NCBI GenBank assembly: GCA_002269645.1
Contig: NIVC01001365.1
Span: 1 to 48,760 of the forward strand
DNA length: 48,760 nt
From: Macrostomum lignano
Taxonomy: Eukaryota
Direction of reading: 5' to 3'
Both the position numbers and the translations under genes were made by a program. How positions within the stretch are numbered: the stretch's first letter is position 1; the number at the start of each line of letters is the position of its first letter. The notes under the pieces were generated by a model, which was not told where the DNA came from, made no database searches, and saw only the letters and a list, made by a program, of their open reading frames with translations. Of the stretch, positions 11,706 through 25,900 are shown one piece after another.

Positions 11706-13942
11706 TCTATAAAATTTATTAATAGCAACTTGAACAGGAGGCACTCGTACATGGTTTTATTGGAATCCAAAGCCTCCATGGCTTTTTCGAAATCGTAATC
11801 CGCGTGGTGCTCGTGTTTCCTAGAATCGGGACTCACTTTCAAACAGACGTTGCTGAGTTGATTTCTTAGAATATGCGAGCGTATTGATACTTAAAGTATA
11901 CTGGATTATAACTTTATTGATTCAATTGACGGTCACGAATTTCACCAAGGACCAACAGTATAAATATCACTCAAACTCAATATGGTGAAACAAAGGGATA
12001 GGGATCCTACTGTCATATACATGTATCATGCTTTGAAATTCACATTTTAAGGAGTAATAATGCGTAATGAAAATTTGGTAGTGGCAAGGATGGATAAATT
12101 ATCTAAATTACAGTATTTAGCTAAAATGTGGTGTGTACTGCATACTGGCTCGTATACATGTTATGCAACACAGAATCAGCTTTAGGTGGTGGGACATGCC
12201 TAGCTGTAGCTGGGATACATACGTGCGTGGTCCTTTGCGTCCTTTATTTGATTGAAATTAAAAACAGCCTGCTTGCATGACAGACAGCATGATATTGACA
12301 TACTCGTATGGACTAAAGTATAAATGGAAATGGCACAGTTTTGCATGATGGCCAAGCATGCTTCCCCATGTTCGACAGGAAGTTAAAATTATCATTTATC
12401 AACCTATCTGCTCCAATTTGGTAAAATTGTCTCGCTTAGCCGAGTAACTTTTGATCAATCAACGTAATTAATCACACGTGAGCTAGTTGTTTAAATGATT
12501 TATAAGGGAAGGCTTTCGCATACATGTACATATATGCATTTACATACACGAGTCTATTTAGACCGGAATGTGCTAAAGTCCAATCGTTGCCTAAATTCAA
12601 TTTATATAAAAATTATCAAGTTATGCAGTTCAAATAGTATTTATCAAGATTCAATCACGATGGTAGAAACATTTGGTTCAAGTATTGAAGGACGATAGCT
12701 GCTAAGAAGCTCGTTGCGTAAAGAAAAATTGGGGGAGAAAGTACTAGATTTTAGCTCGTAGTTCAAGGACGTAGTTCAGGCTCGTAGTTGTATACAAGTA
12801 AGCTTTAAAACAGCTTTTCTTTGTTTTTTTTGCTTGAAGAAGTATTTATCTAATGATAAAGATACTTTTCAATTCCAAAATTTTAAAACACAAAGTCGCT
12901 TTTTATTTTATATTTTACGGATTTTTTTTCAATCCTTGAATTAACAAACAAGCAATGATCTCTGTTTATAATATCGTAATAATACTTTTAAAACTTGTAA
13001 AACTTGTAAAATAAACTTTAAAAAACTGTTTTTGTCTACTAAAATCTTACTATGAAAGAGATAACTACGAGCTTAATTTAGAGTCGCGAACAATTCAACA
13101 TGTTATCAGTCGCCCCTTTTCGCTAAAGCTAGTCCCAATTTAGTCTTACCACCTTGTTACAAAACTTAAAATAGTGAAATGAAGCAGTAAAGCACTGAAC
13201 CGCAAGTGACACAATCATGGATTATGAGAGCCATCCTAATAGACCGCCATCCGAGCAGGTAAATTTGTAATTTAAAAAGGTTACCAGCCTGCGCTTCTTA
13301 ATTATTTTTTGCATCTTTCACGGTGTAGTGTACTGTAGTGTAGACTGTAGTCTGTAGTTAACTATTTAGTATGCTTGAATTCTCATTGTTTTTACAAACA
13401 TTAGTTGGAATATACGTGCGAGTATACGTATATGTACATGTACTACGGAAGATAAATCATTATGCAGATTTTTGTATGCTTGACTGTAGGTCGTAAACTC
13501 GTAATTAAAATTTTTTGTATTTCTTGCACTTTTTTCAGTACACAAAACTATTTTAGTAGAAATTTTTATAGGGGTACCCTGTTTATGGCCTCGGTTGGAG
13601 AACATAAGCTTTTAAAATCTGTTTTATTTTATTATTGTAAAAGTTACTTTTATTTTTATTTTATAATTAATAATAAATGGATGAATTAGTATTCCCACTT
13701 TTGACTTTAATTTATTAAACATTTAATGCAAGTTTTAACTTTTCTGGTGATATAGTTGTTTGAGAGATTGTATTACCTTCATTTTTAAATTATTTATAGT
13801 TGGAAAACAGCAATTTTTCAAGGTGACACTTTCACTGATAATATAATTTCAAGTATAATATAGACAACAAATGAAACAAAAACTTCTTTTTTACTTCTAA
13901 TTGGCTAATTCAAATGATTTGCTAAAATCACAACCCAACCAG

Positions 13943-16900
13943 ATGGTAGACTTGCATGTCTACGTTGTCCCGCCAGCACTGTGGCAGGAGCGGCTGCACA
14001 GCGCGTTCAACCAGATCATCGGCGAGACCGTGTCTGCCGGATTCATTCGGTAAGGCTGACTGATGGGGCAAAACAGCTCTAAGCACCTCGTTCGATTCCG
14101 CCACATTCATTTGGGGTTTGTGCTTGAAAATTGGCCGGGGGTTGTCGTGCGATTCACAGCCATGAGGGCCAATCCTCGAAGCACAGAGAGTGTACATTCT
14201 TGATGATTAGAAAGTCAGGGGCCGCTGTACACCCTGTGTGAGCGTGTGTGTGAGTGCGTGCCTCGTACGAGTGCGTACGGGTGCAACTGCGCTAGAACGG
14301 AGGCAACTACTGTTGGAAATGTCCGTATGAACCAATAGTGATCTGAGTAGAGTCTACAAATTAACTGATTACCAAGGGGTTGTAGCCTATTGGTTAGAGC
14401 GTCGGACTCACAACTTGAAGGTCGAGGGTTCGATTCCTAATCCCACTGGAACAATCTGTGTCCTTGAACAAGACACTTAACTCTGCATTGCTTCAGTTCA
14501 CCCAGCTGTAAAATGGGTGCCAGCATTAGCTGGGGTAATTGAGGGTGTGTGTGGCGAGGCGATTAGCCAGTAATATAGGCACACAATGATTTCAGCGTCT
14601 TCCCCGAGTCCCTGCTGCAGCAGGTCCGCAGCGACATCGAGCGCCAGCTTGGCTACGAGATTGTTCCCAGAAACTTTGTCTTCTGCAAAAGCGTCGGTCG
14701 CTGCTTGACTCAAGTTAGTGCTTGTTGTGTTGGTTTTTTTATAACTTCAGCAAAACATAATCGAGCAGTTTAAGCTATTGGCGTTGTCGTACCGGAAATT
14801 TCAGGTTCGCAGCCGACAGGAGAAGGAGCTAAAAGTGAAGCACTTTCTGCCGCCTCACGTAAGCCGTCTGCCAGATCTGTGTAGCTAGAGAGTAGTTTGG
14901 CATAACTCTAGTAATTGTATCAAGCAGAGTTTTCTGAAGACTTATTGAGCAGTGTAGCTATTAACACGTTCTGACCTCTTGCACCAATAAATCTGGGTAG
15001 AAGGCTATGGGTTGTAGCCTAGTGGAGGGGTTGTAGCCTAGTGGAGGGGTTGTAGCCTAGTGTAGGGGTTGTAGCCTAGTGGAGGGGTTGTAGCCTAGTG
15101 GAGGGGTTGTAGCCTAGTGGAGGGGTTGTAGCCTAGTGGAGGGGTTGTAGCCTAGTGTAGGGATTGTAGCCTAGTGGAGGGGGTTGTAGCCTAGTGTAGG
15201 GATTGTAGCCTAGTGGAGGGGTTGTAGCCTAGTGGAGGGATTGTAGCCTAGTGTAGGGGTTGTAGCCTAGTGGAGGGGTTGTAGCCTAGTGGAGGGGTTG
15301 TAGCCTAGTGGAGGGATTGTAGCCTAGTGGAGGGGTTGTAGCCTAGTGGAGGGATTGTAGCCTAGTGTAGGGGTTGTAGCCTAGTGGAGGGGTTGTAGCC
15401 TAGTGGAGGGGTTGTAGCCTAGTGGAGGGATTGTAGCCTAGTGGAGGGATTGTAGCCTAGTGGAGGGGTTGTAGCCTAGTGGTTAGAGCGTCGGACTCAC
15501 GACTTGAAGGTCGGGGGTTCGATTCCCGATCCCACTAGAACAATTTGTATCCTTGAGCAAGACACTCAACTCTGCATTGCTTCAGTTCACCCAGCTGTAA
15601 AATGGGTGCCAGCATTAGCTGGGGTAACTGAGGGTGTGCGGCGACCCCCCCCCCAGTCCTTGGACTGAACAGCCGTAAGCAGCCTTCAGATGCGCCGCGC
15701 AATAGCTGCGGCTGAACTGTCGGTTGCACATCTGGCCATTAGGGCAGGTGTAATCAATTATTATTATTAATATTATTATTATTAGCATAAAACACTATTC
15801 TCCCGAATCGGAGTAGACTGCAAATACGAAAATTGAATTGTGCACAACAGGCCTACTGCCCCGAGATATTTGTGCTGGACTATGACATCGCTCGCCGATC
15901 ACAATCGAGCTCCGATGGCTCCATTGCTTCGAATCGCAGCTACCCGAATCACCGAGCCCTGCAGCAGCCGCAACGGTCGTCGAGGCAGCAGCAGCAGCAG
16001 CCACCTTTGCAGCAGCAAAACTTCGATTCGCCTCGTCAAAGTGAGTCATCCTAGAGAAACTGGTTCTCCGGTTTGCCTAAAAAACTGTATTTAGCTCGCT
16101 TTGCTGCTCAGTTGTCAAGGCTGATCAGGCATGGGGTGCGGCACTCTTTATGGCCAAGTTAATGTTAGCAATCTTCAGTCAGAACAGTGTGGCACTCTTC
16201 TAAGTGGTCGACCTCACAATTAGCCGTCCTGACGATGAACGTTAGACTGCAATGCCTTTTTGGTCTCTCTAATTTTCAGCACAAAGAATGAGGCATCACC
16301 AACGACTGAGCGAGACGAGTGAGGCAGAAATGCGCCATTTTAATTTTTTTTAAGAAATAATTTTTAGCCAAGCTTATCGATTTTATGCTATGATGGCTTA
16401 CTAATAATTTCCGTTTTCAATCACGCACAGTAGTAACGAATACCACATACAAGCTACCTTACTTTTGATTTTTAAAAAAATCGATACTAAATTACAGGAG
16501 AAACTGTAGCAGTCTCTATGGAGACTAAATTTGCATAAATTGCTTATTTTTACCGCCGTTTTTTCATTTTTGGTTGTTCCGAATTTTTAACACAAAACTG
16601 GTTTTAGATTTAGCTCCTGACCATTTTTAGATCCCGTATTAATGAAACAGCCTCAGTGATTCTGTATTTCGGCTCCGTTTTATCCCGCTCTTTGTTTCTA
16701 GCCGTATATCACGGCAGGACGCCAAAGGTGGCGCACAAGGGCATCACCGGAGTGTACATCGGCCCCTACCCGATGCAGAGCTACCCGGGCCTCGGCTCGC
16801 GGCCCGGCACTGCCGACAGTAAGCCAGAGATTATTTGCGGCCGATGGCAATGTACACTATTGGACAGAGGGGAGACTTGGGTGTGCACATTGGAGTAGAG

Positions 16901-19900
16901 GGGTAAAGCGAAAGCTAAAATGCGCCCGAGGGAGAGGGATCGATAAAAACACACAGTTAGGGGGCAGAGGGGGAGAGACTCGGGCGTGCACGTTGGGGTA
17001 GAGGGGTAGCGAAAGTTAAAATACACACTGAAGTTGAAGGAGACGGATCAATAACAACACACAATGTACATTATTTAGGGCGGAAGGGAAAGAAAGGCAG
17101 ATGGATGGAGACGGCAAAATTGAAAGTTGCACATCAACCAAGTGAGATGGATTACATTGTACTTTAGGGACAGAGGGGAGAGATCTGAAGTAAGGCAGAG
17201 GTTAGCAGAATTTAAATATACACATGAATACAGCGAGACCGATTACGATAAGGATACACTTTAGGCGTATCCTGTAATAAATCCTGGGTAGATGAAGATG
17301 GACTTAATATACTTCTAGAAAGCAATTTGTTCGTTAGAAATTAGAGGTCGTCACACTGACGGGTTACGTACGAGTGTATGTAAGAAGCAAGCGATCGAAT
17401 GCAAATTTTGTTGTCAGAGAAGCAGAAGTATTGTTATGCATTTTTATGAAACATCTGGATGAATAAGCGACTGGCGCAATGTTTTCTATTGTTTTAAAAC
17501 TTCTTAGCTTCATCAACTGCTTGGGCAAAGCGCAATAGTTGCTTTCAAAGAAAACAGGACTCTTCTGTAATTACAGTAATTAGTTTTCGCTGTGCATTAG
17601 TTAACACTGAGTGAAGCATTGTTTTGGTTCACCTGGCAGGTCAGTCCCGATCTCCCGTTCCCTTCGACTCCGGACTGGACATGGACTACGAAGAGCTGGA
17701 GAGGTGAGAAATCTTGAGCACTTGCATTCTTCTCTATCGCACCAAATATGGCAGCTCAGTTGATTTTTACTGTACACAATACTCTATTAATATTTTTTGC
17801 ATATTTTATTTATGCACGCAATTATGAATTTTCCTTTTTAAATATCATTGATAGCTGCACCAACTGCACAGACGTATTGCCTACCTGTCAACAAGCACAA
17901 AAATACTCGTTATTTATTACCTTTGCTTCTCGCTTCTGTCGTCTGCCTACCTGTCTTGAAGTTCAGCCCAGAGACTGGAAGAGTGTTTGTAGACTTGGCC
18001 CGAGTTCGAAGCTTCTGAGCTGGCTTGGCCAGAGGATTGAATGCCGCGGTGGTGAGTGCCTTTGTAAACTGCTGTTGAAACTTTACTGAGAGCAGTGGTT
18101 ATAACTGTCTAGGGAATTTAGTGGGAGGGCAAGAGCGGCGGTCCGACTCTCGCTCCACGACACCTGCTTCTATTCCGTGCAAGGCTGCATTCATTTCGGA
18201 GCTTGTGCTCGAAAATTTGGCCTGGGGCTTCTGGTCCTGCAATTCATTGGTCGTGGACTTAATACTTCTTATATAAGGGTGTGTGAGCCTGCGGATGGAG
18301 CAAAAATCGACAGAAAACACCCGAAGCAATGCAGGTACATATTGTAAGAAGCCAGCATCTTTATTCAGTACACTTTATCGATCAGCAAAATAAAACTTCT
18401 AGAGCAAAGTGTACGTGCCAGTTTGATAGTCTGCTTAAACCCTTCCTGTGTGTTTCTTTTGCATTTCCTCAGCTGATAAAAGACTGTAATGCACTCTTTA
18501 ATTTAGAAATTCACAATAAATTTTACGTTTCTTTGATACCTCTTATTTGGGTTTCTCTCTGTCCTTATTATATACAAACGCATTTATACTTAACTTTGCG
18601 AAGTAATATTGCACATTGAATCTAAATTATGTACATTGAATCTCATCTAGCCCTTCTCGAAACTCTCAATGTACATTGAATCTCGACTAGCCCTTCTCGA
18701 AACTTTCAATGTACATTGAATCTCGACTAGCCCTTCTCGAAACTTTCAATGTACATTGAATCTCGACTAGCCCTTCTCGAAACTTTCAATGTACATTGAA
18801 TCTCGACTAGCCCTTCTCGAAACTCTCAATGTACATTGAATCTCGACTAGCCCTTCTCGAAACTTTCAATGTACATTGAATCTCGACTAGCCCTTCTCGA
18901 AACTTTCAATGTACATTGAATCTCGACTAGCCCTTCTCGAAACTTTCAATGTACATTGAATCTCGACTAGCCCTTCTCGAAACTCTCAATGTACATTGAA
19001 TCTCGACTAGCCCTTCTCGAAACTTTCAATGTACATTGAATCTCGACTAGCCCTCTTCGAAACTCTCAATGTACATTGAATCTCATCTAGCCCTTCTCGA
19101 AACTCTCAATGTACATTGAATCTCGACTAGCCCTTCTCGAAACTCTCAATGTACATTGAATCTCGGTTAGCCCTCCTCTAAGCTCTTTATTTGCAAAGAA
19201 CAATGGCTAGTCTGTTCTCAGAAGTTTGATTACATGCACACCTAATCCCGACCCCTCCCCCGCAACCAAACAACTAGCTAGTTAAAATTGAAACAGAACG
19301 ATTCTCAGCAGGATAGCAGCAGCTGCCTCAATTTGCGAACCAAGAAAAACTCACAGAAACTCCTATTTGACGCAAATTTGCAGCAAAGCTCAGGCTGCGG
19401 CCGCGGCCGCTGGTGCCTCCGCAACGGGAGCGGAGGCTGACGATGAAGATTCACTGAGATCTTCGCCTATGCCGCTGCCGCCGCCGCCGCCGCCTCCGCC
19501 GCCGTTTGACGAGTCGCCGCTGACGGAGCCGCCGTCATCGACGTCGGAGCGGACAGTCAGCGGCGCCACCTATCGACTGTCGACGGGCGGGCAGGACCAG
19601 CGCCGAGGAGCCGCCAGCGCTGAAACCGACGCCTCCATCGCCGCCGCCGCCGCTGCCGCCGACACCGACGCCTTCAACAACGATTCCACCTCTCAAATCC
19701 CGATAACGCCGAGAGCTCGAAGCGTCGTTGTCAAGGACAACAGCGACGAGAATGACGACGCCCGTCTGACGGCGATGTCAGCCGAGGCGCTGCTGGACGA
19801 GATGCGTCGTCAACGGCGACTCTGGGAGGCGGAGAAGGCGCGAATGGCGGCAGCGGCGGCCGAGCTGCCCGCGGCTGGGGAGCAGGCGAAGTCTGATGAA

Positions 19901-22900
19901 GCCGCCAACGGGATGCTGAAGGCTAAACTGCTGGAGTTCGAGCAGCTGCAGCGCGAGGAAGAGGAGCGAAGCCGGCGGCTGCGGCAGCTGGAACAGATGG
20001 AGAATCAGCTCCGGCATCAGATCAAGGATGCCGAGCTCGCCCTGGCTGACAGGGTGCGGTGAGTGGCAGGTCCACACGTCTGAGCTGTTTTAATAAATAG
20101 TCGGGTAATTCAATCCTGAGCTGCCAGTTTGGATGCGTGAAACTTAAAAACGTCATTTTATCATTTAAACAAACTCGCTACCGGACAAACAAAAAAATGC
20201 GTTCATTGATTCGAACTCGCACCCGAGCTTAGAGATCGACTGCGCCGCATCAAGGAAGAAGCCGAGGCCAGAAGGCGCCTGGCGGAATTGGAAGCTCGAA
20301 GGCAATAAACAGAGCTTATCACCTGCTTCACTTGTGCTTGATTTCTTTACAATTTTTAGTCACCGAAATTCTCCTTAACTAACCAAATCACGTATTTGAG
20401 AGAGTAATTACTTTTTTGAAAGTACAACACAAATATTGAAGTTGAACGACTCCTGATTGAGCTGTTCAAGATTGAAGGATAAAGGGAAGAACAGAGTAGC
20501 TGGATGGACCCACTGAAGCAGCTGAGGGGTTGATATTACCCACTGAAGTACCTGAAGGGTTGATGTTACCCACTGAAGTACCTGAGGGGTTGATGTTACC
20601 CACTGAAGTACCTGAAGGGTTGATGTTACCCACTGAAGTACCTGAAGGGTTGATGTTACCCACTGAAGTACCTGAGGGGTTGATGTTACCTACTGAAGCA
20701 CCTGAGGGGTTGATGTTACCCACTGAAGTACCTGAGGGGTTGATGTTACCTACTGAAGCAGCTGAGGGGTTGATGTTACCCACTGAAGCAGCTAAGGGGT
20801 TGATGTTACCCACTGAAGCAGCTGAGGGGTTGATGTTACCCACTGAAGTACCTGAGGGGTTGATGTTACCCACTGAAGCACCTGAGGGGCTGATGTACCC
20901 AAGAAAGGACCATGAGCATAGATGTACCCCGTAAAGGATTCTGAGTTTAGGGCTTACCCTAAAGAATCTATGAGTCCTTGAAAACTTTTTGCTTGATCCC
21001 AGTGTACTCATAAGTAGAAAATTTTGCTTTCAGCCTCAAGTACGCTCGTAATTTTCCCATACTAATGAAAATTTCTTTACCTCTGCCCAAGCAGCTTGCA
21101 AAATTATCGATTCATTAATAAATTATCGCCGATATTTAATCACTGGTTTATATCCCAGCTTCCCCAGCTCTGCAGTCCTGCAGTCCTGCAGTGCAGCATT
21201 GTGAGTTGATTTCACAATCAGCAGGCAGACAGCCTAGAGCTGTGTAGTTGCTATGCAATACGAACTAGCTGACATCTCCCCCCCCCCACTATCAACTCCA
21301 GTGCTCTAGAGTGTTTTTCTCTGCTTTTGCAGAACAGGCTCTTACAATACCCCTTACTGTCACTCAGCTGAGCCCTCTTGCTGATGCTTTCACAGTTAGT
21401 CAGTTCGGGGGGCTGCCGGGCCATGATAAGGGGTGGGTGCGAGAGACTCTGCAGCAGCCACTCGGGCTGCCGCTCAAACTGTGTGTGTGGCATCAGTTTC
21501 CGAGTTAGAGATTCGTTTCTAAGGCGGTTTTTTTCTTCTAAAAAGTAAAAGTTTTTTCTCTGAAACCATTGTAGTTCCTCGCAGAGACTTTCAATGACCA
21601 GATATTCTCTGTTCTTAATCTGCAGATTATAAACTTTAGGGAGACATTCGTCCCAGTCCTGGGATTCTATTCTTTGTCTAGAGATCCTGGTCTTTGTCTA
21701 GAGACCCTGATCTTTGTCTAGAGATCCTGATCTTTGTCTAGAGATCCTGGTCTTTGTCTAGAGATCCTGATCTTTGTCTAGAGATTTTGGTCTTTGTCTA
21801 GAGATCCTGGTCTTTGTCTAGAGATTCTGATCTTTGTCTAGAGATCCTGGTCTTTGTCTAGAGATTCTGATCTTTGTCTAGAGATCCTGATATTTGTCTA
21901 GAGATTCTGGTCTTTGTCTAGAGATCCTGGTCTGTGTCTAGCGATTTCGGTCTTATCTAGAGATCCTGGTCTTTGTCTAGAGATTCTGGTCTTTGTCTAG
22001 AGATCCTGATATTTGTCTAGAGATCCTGGTCTTTGTCTCTGTTCGTAGATCCTAGCTGAATCATGGGCTTGGCAGTGTGCTCATATGTGAACTTAGCACC
22101 GATATTGTTAAACAAATAGGCGACATCAGCCTCACTTTCAGCATCCTTCCTGTAAGCCCGAAATTCCTTTGTTCCCCGTCTCCTCTGCTCCTGCCAAAGG
22201 CTGTCAGCTTTTCTTTTCTTTTTATTGTTTAAAAAATTCTCTTTCAGTAGCTGGAGGAGGAATTTGGGCAGCCTTGAATGCAGTTGATATGCAGCAGCCC
22301 TCTGTATTGAGCCTGAGCTGTCGTCTCCTGCTCTGTCTCCCTTCCTCATCCATCTTGGCTTTTTATGGGATCCGCAGTTTATCCTCACGCAGCCCATCCT
22401 TCCCAGCAGTCAGCGCCTGGCTTCGGAAACTTTTCTCTCTCTCTCTGTCCCTCGCTCTCGCCGCACTATCGGTTCAGGGCCATAAAAGCCTCACATTGCA
22501 TTCCTTCTCAGCCGCTGCCCCCATCCGCTGCAGCAACCTACCACAAGAAGATGGAGAACAACCGACTGCTGTTCTATTGTCAATTTTTCCTGTTATTATT
22601 AGTACGAGTGGAAAAGTGCATGCGCACTTTAAACTGACATACTCGTAAAATGGATGCTTAAGTCGATAATCACCCTATTAACCAGCCTATCACGCGCTTT
22701 GCTACGAGCTACCAAGACTTTGGCAATCTGGGGTTAGTTGATATTGCTAAATTGCTTTCAAATTTTGCAGGAAAGCGGAAGAAGAAGAGCAGCGCCGGCG
22801 TCAGGAAGAAGAAGAGCGTCGAAGACGAGAAGAAGAAGATCGCAAAAGATGGGAAGAGGAGGAGCGCCGACGGCGCCTGGAAGAAGAGGAAGAGCGGAGA

Positions 22901-25900
22901 CGTCGTCTGGAGGAGGAGGAGCGCCGAAGGCGCGAGGATGAAGAAAGACGGATGCGGGAGGAAGAGGAGCGCCGACGGCGCCAAGAAGAGGAGGAGCGAC
23001 GAAGGCGCCTGGAAGAAGATGAGCGCCGACGGCGCCAAGAAGAGGAGGAACGACGACGGCGCCTGGAAGAAGAGGAAGAGGAGCGACGCTGGAGAGAAGA
23101 GGAGGCGGAGAGACAAAGGTGGGTGGACGGCGATGGAAAGGTTTCACAGGATATTTTGGATATTGTAGATTAAACAGAGTATGGGAAGTATGGGATGGAG
23201 ACTGTAGATTTTGCAGATTAGATTTCATAGACTAGATAGAGTAGAGCAGATTACTTTTGATCGGAAGTCGTGGATCGGGCAGAGTACATTAGGCAGAGTA
23301 TATTGGGCAGAGTAGATCGGGCAGAGTAGATCGGGCAGAGTAGATCGGGAAGAGTAGATCAGGCAGAGTAGATTTGAAAGAGTAGATCGGGCAGAGTGTA
23401 TTGGGCAGAGTAGATTTGAAAGAGTAGATCGGGCAGAGTAGATCGGGCAGGAAGTCAAAGATTTTCGCTTCCCGCTGATTTCAGCGCCAACCCCAAGGAA
23501 TCCCCGAGCAAATCGGAGCCAGTCGAAGCCGGTAAAAATGAAAAATAAATCGTAAATAAAAAATAAAAGTAAAACAGAAGCTCAAATTAAAGGCAATTTT
23601 AATTTCCGAAAAATTCAAGATAAAAAATCGAAGGAAACAGTCGCCGCAAGCAACGACAGTCGTGCCGACGACGGAAGTCATGCGGTTGTCATGGCAACAG
23701 AGCCAACAACCGGGGCCGAGGCCCCAAACGAAGAGAATAAGCGAGAGTGAGCCTGATACGCAGGATTTTGACCCGACTAATAAATCAAACTAATCAAAAT
23801 TAATTAACTGAATTGGAATTTTTAGCACAATGTCCGATTTTTTTATTCACCCAATAATTAATTTGATGATTATAACAAATTAAAATTCGATGCATTTCAT
23901 AATTCAACTCTTTTTACACGGCGGACTCGATTGGCATGGCAACCGAACTGTCTGTGCTTGTCGCTGGCCCCCTCTGATTTACTCAAGCTGTTTTTAACTG
24001 CCCTCAGCCTCGGCCAGTCTCACCCTCAAGCGTGTGGGAGGCAGCCTCATCAGTCACTTACTCTTGATTCTGCCTGTTCAGTGTGTTTACCCAAGCCGGC
24101 CAAATGTGCGCACACAGGTTTCAAAGCCTGAGTCTGCATGCAATTAAGGGGTTTTATAATAAGAGCTCAGCGGGCTGCAATCTTATTGACTGACATCCTA
24201 CCGCCTGCCATGCCAGGAAAATTAATTATTTTCTTTTTCAACTAATTCTGCATGGCACAGTTTAAATTAATAGTTGTGTTGGGGCTTCAAAACAGCCTGA
24301 TTGAAGCCTCACCTCACCTAGACTTGATGACTAATCTATCCCATAGTTACAATGTGCATCCCAGTTACTAATCTTCACAATCAGTTGCCCCCCCATGCTT
24401 GATAATAAAATCTGCCTTTGACTTTGCAGACTCGCCGATGAGGAGGAGGCCGAGAGGAGACGGCGAGAGCGAGAAGAGGAAGAGGCCGGAATTGGAGGGG
24501 TGAGAGCTCCCCTGTGCCGGCCTGACCTGCTATCCCACCTCTACTTCTCACTCTACCTCTTAATCTTCGTCTCCCCTTTCCCTATTCCTCCACTGTTCCT
24601 CTCTTTCTGCCTCTTCATATACCCCTATCTTTCTCCCCCTCCCTATCGATTTCCTTCTATCCATCTCCCTCTACCCCTCTCCCTCTACCCCTCTCCCTCT
24701 ACCCCTCTCCCTCTACCCCTCTCCCTCTACCCCTCTCCATCTACCCCTCTCCCTCTACCCCTCTCCATCTACCCCTCTCCCTCTACCCCTCTCCATCTAC
24801 CCCTCTCCCTATACCCCTCTCCCTCTACTTCTCTCCCTCTTTTCCTCTACCCATCCATCCCTGAGTTCTTTTGTCGCTGACTTGAGCTTCCTATTAAACT
24901 TATTTTGAGCATCACCTCATTAGAGTTTGAGTATCTCATCATTTTTTGCACAGTCAACTTGAAGCCTGAAAAATTCACACAGACTCAAAATGGCGTTGAA
25001 CTCCGGATTGGGGAATAATAGGGAATGAGAAGGGGAAGTGAGTGAGTGAGCAGCTGACTGCGGAACTGAATTGAGCTTCCACCCGCAAGGCCCGCGAGAA
25101 TTCTGGTTGCTATGCCGGTTCGCCAGGTGCGAGAAATGCGCCCGATAAGAGTTAGAAAAAGTATATATGAGCTGCAGCAGGGAAGAGGAAAAATCCTCAT
25201 CCTCGCTAAATGGGAAATAAAAAAATCTTCGCTGAGCTGGAGCTGTCCGCGGCTGCTGCAGCCCTCAAATGATTGGGATAAGTGCTCAGCAAACTCAGTT
25301 TACTTGCCTAGAGCAGCCTCTACCCCTGAAAGATTGGTTGCTTGGATAATTGTCAGTTGCCAATGGCAACAGAGTCTATCACTTTTATGCCCGAGTTGAT
25401 ATTTATTTACTATTGATTTTTGCTGCTTTCAGATGGTTCCTAATCTGCTGATTGAAGAGGCCACGTCAATTGATCCCCAGGAGGAAATGCGACGAGATCG
25501 TAAGTGGTGTCGGCAGAAGCTACGGTTGTGGTTAGGGTTTAGGATTGGTGTCGGCAGAAGCTACGGTTGTGGTTAGGGTTTAGGATTGGGGTCGGCAGAA
25601 GCTACGGTTGTGGTTAGGGTTTAGGATTGGGGTCGGCAGAAGCTACGGTTGTGGTTAGGGTTTAGGATTGGGGTCGGCAGAAGCTACGGTTGTGGTTAGG
25701 GTTTAGGATTGGGGTCGGCAGAAGCTACGGTTGTGGTCAGGGTTTGGGATTGGTGTCGGCAGAAGCTACGGTTGTGGTTAGGGTTTGGGATTGGGGTCGG
25801 CAGAAGCTACGGTTGTGGTTAGGGTTTAGGATTGGGGTCGGCAGAAGCTACGGTTGTAGTTAGGGTTTAGGATTGGGGTCGGCAGAAGCTACGGTTGTGG

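Noticed and set aside
12750-13080. Short inverted repeat TTAGCTCGTAGTT / AACTACGAGCTTAA (possible MITE)
   Set aside because: Only ~11 bp match, no clear TSD and no second copy in the window.
14376-14450. tRNA gene
   Set aside because: Box A/B head runs into a repeated non-tRNA body and lacks a complete cloverleaf; it is a SINE head, as are the other copies.
17748-18619. ORFs and a possible extra SPATA1 exon near 17970-18052
   Set aside because: The candidate exon has a stop in the required phase, and exons 6 and 7 join in frame without it.
18625-19165. Heat-shock-element array (TTCTCGAAACTTTC)
   Set aside because: Only two perfect nGAAn units per repeat, and it is 17 kb from the sHSP gene; chance occurrence is likely.
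20466-21011. Open 10-aa repeat ORFs on both strands (antifreeze/adhesin-like)
   Set aside because: A 30-bp unit without stops is open automatically; it is intronic with no splice or start context.
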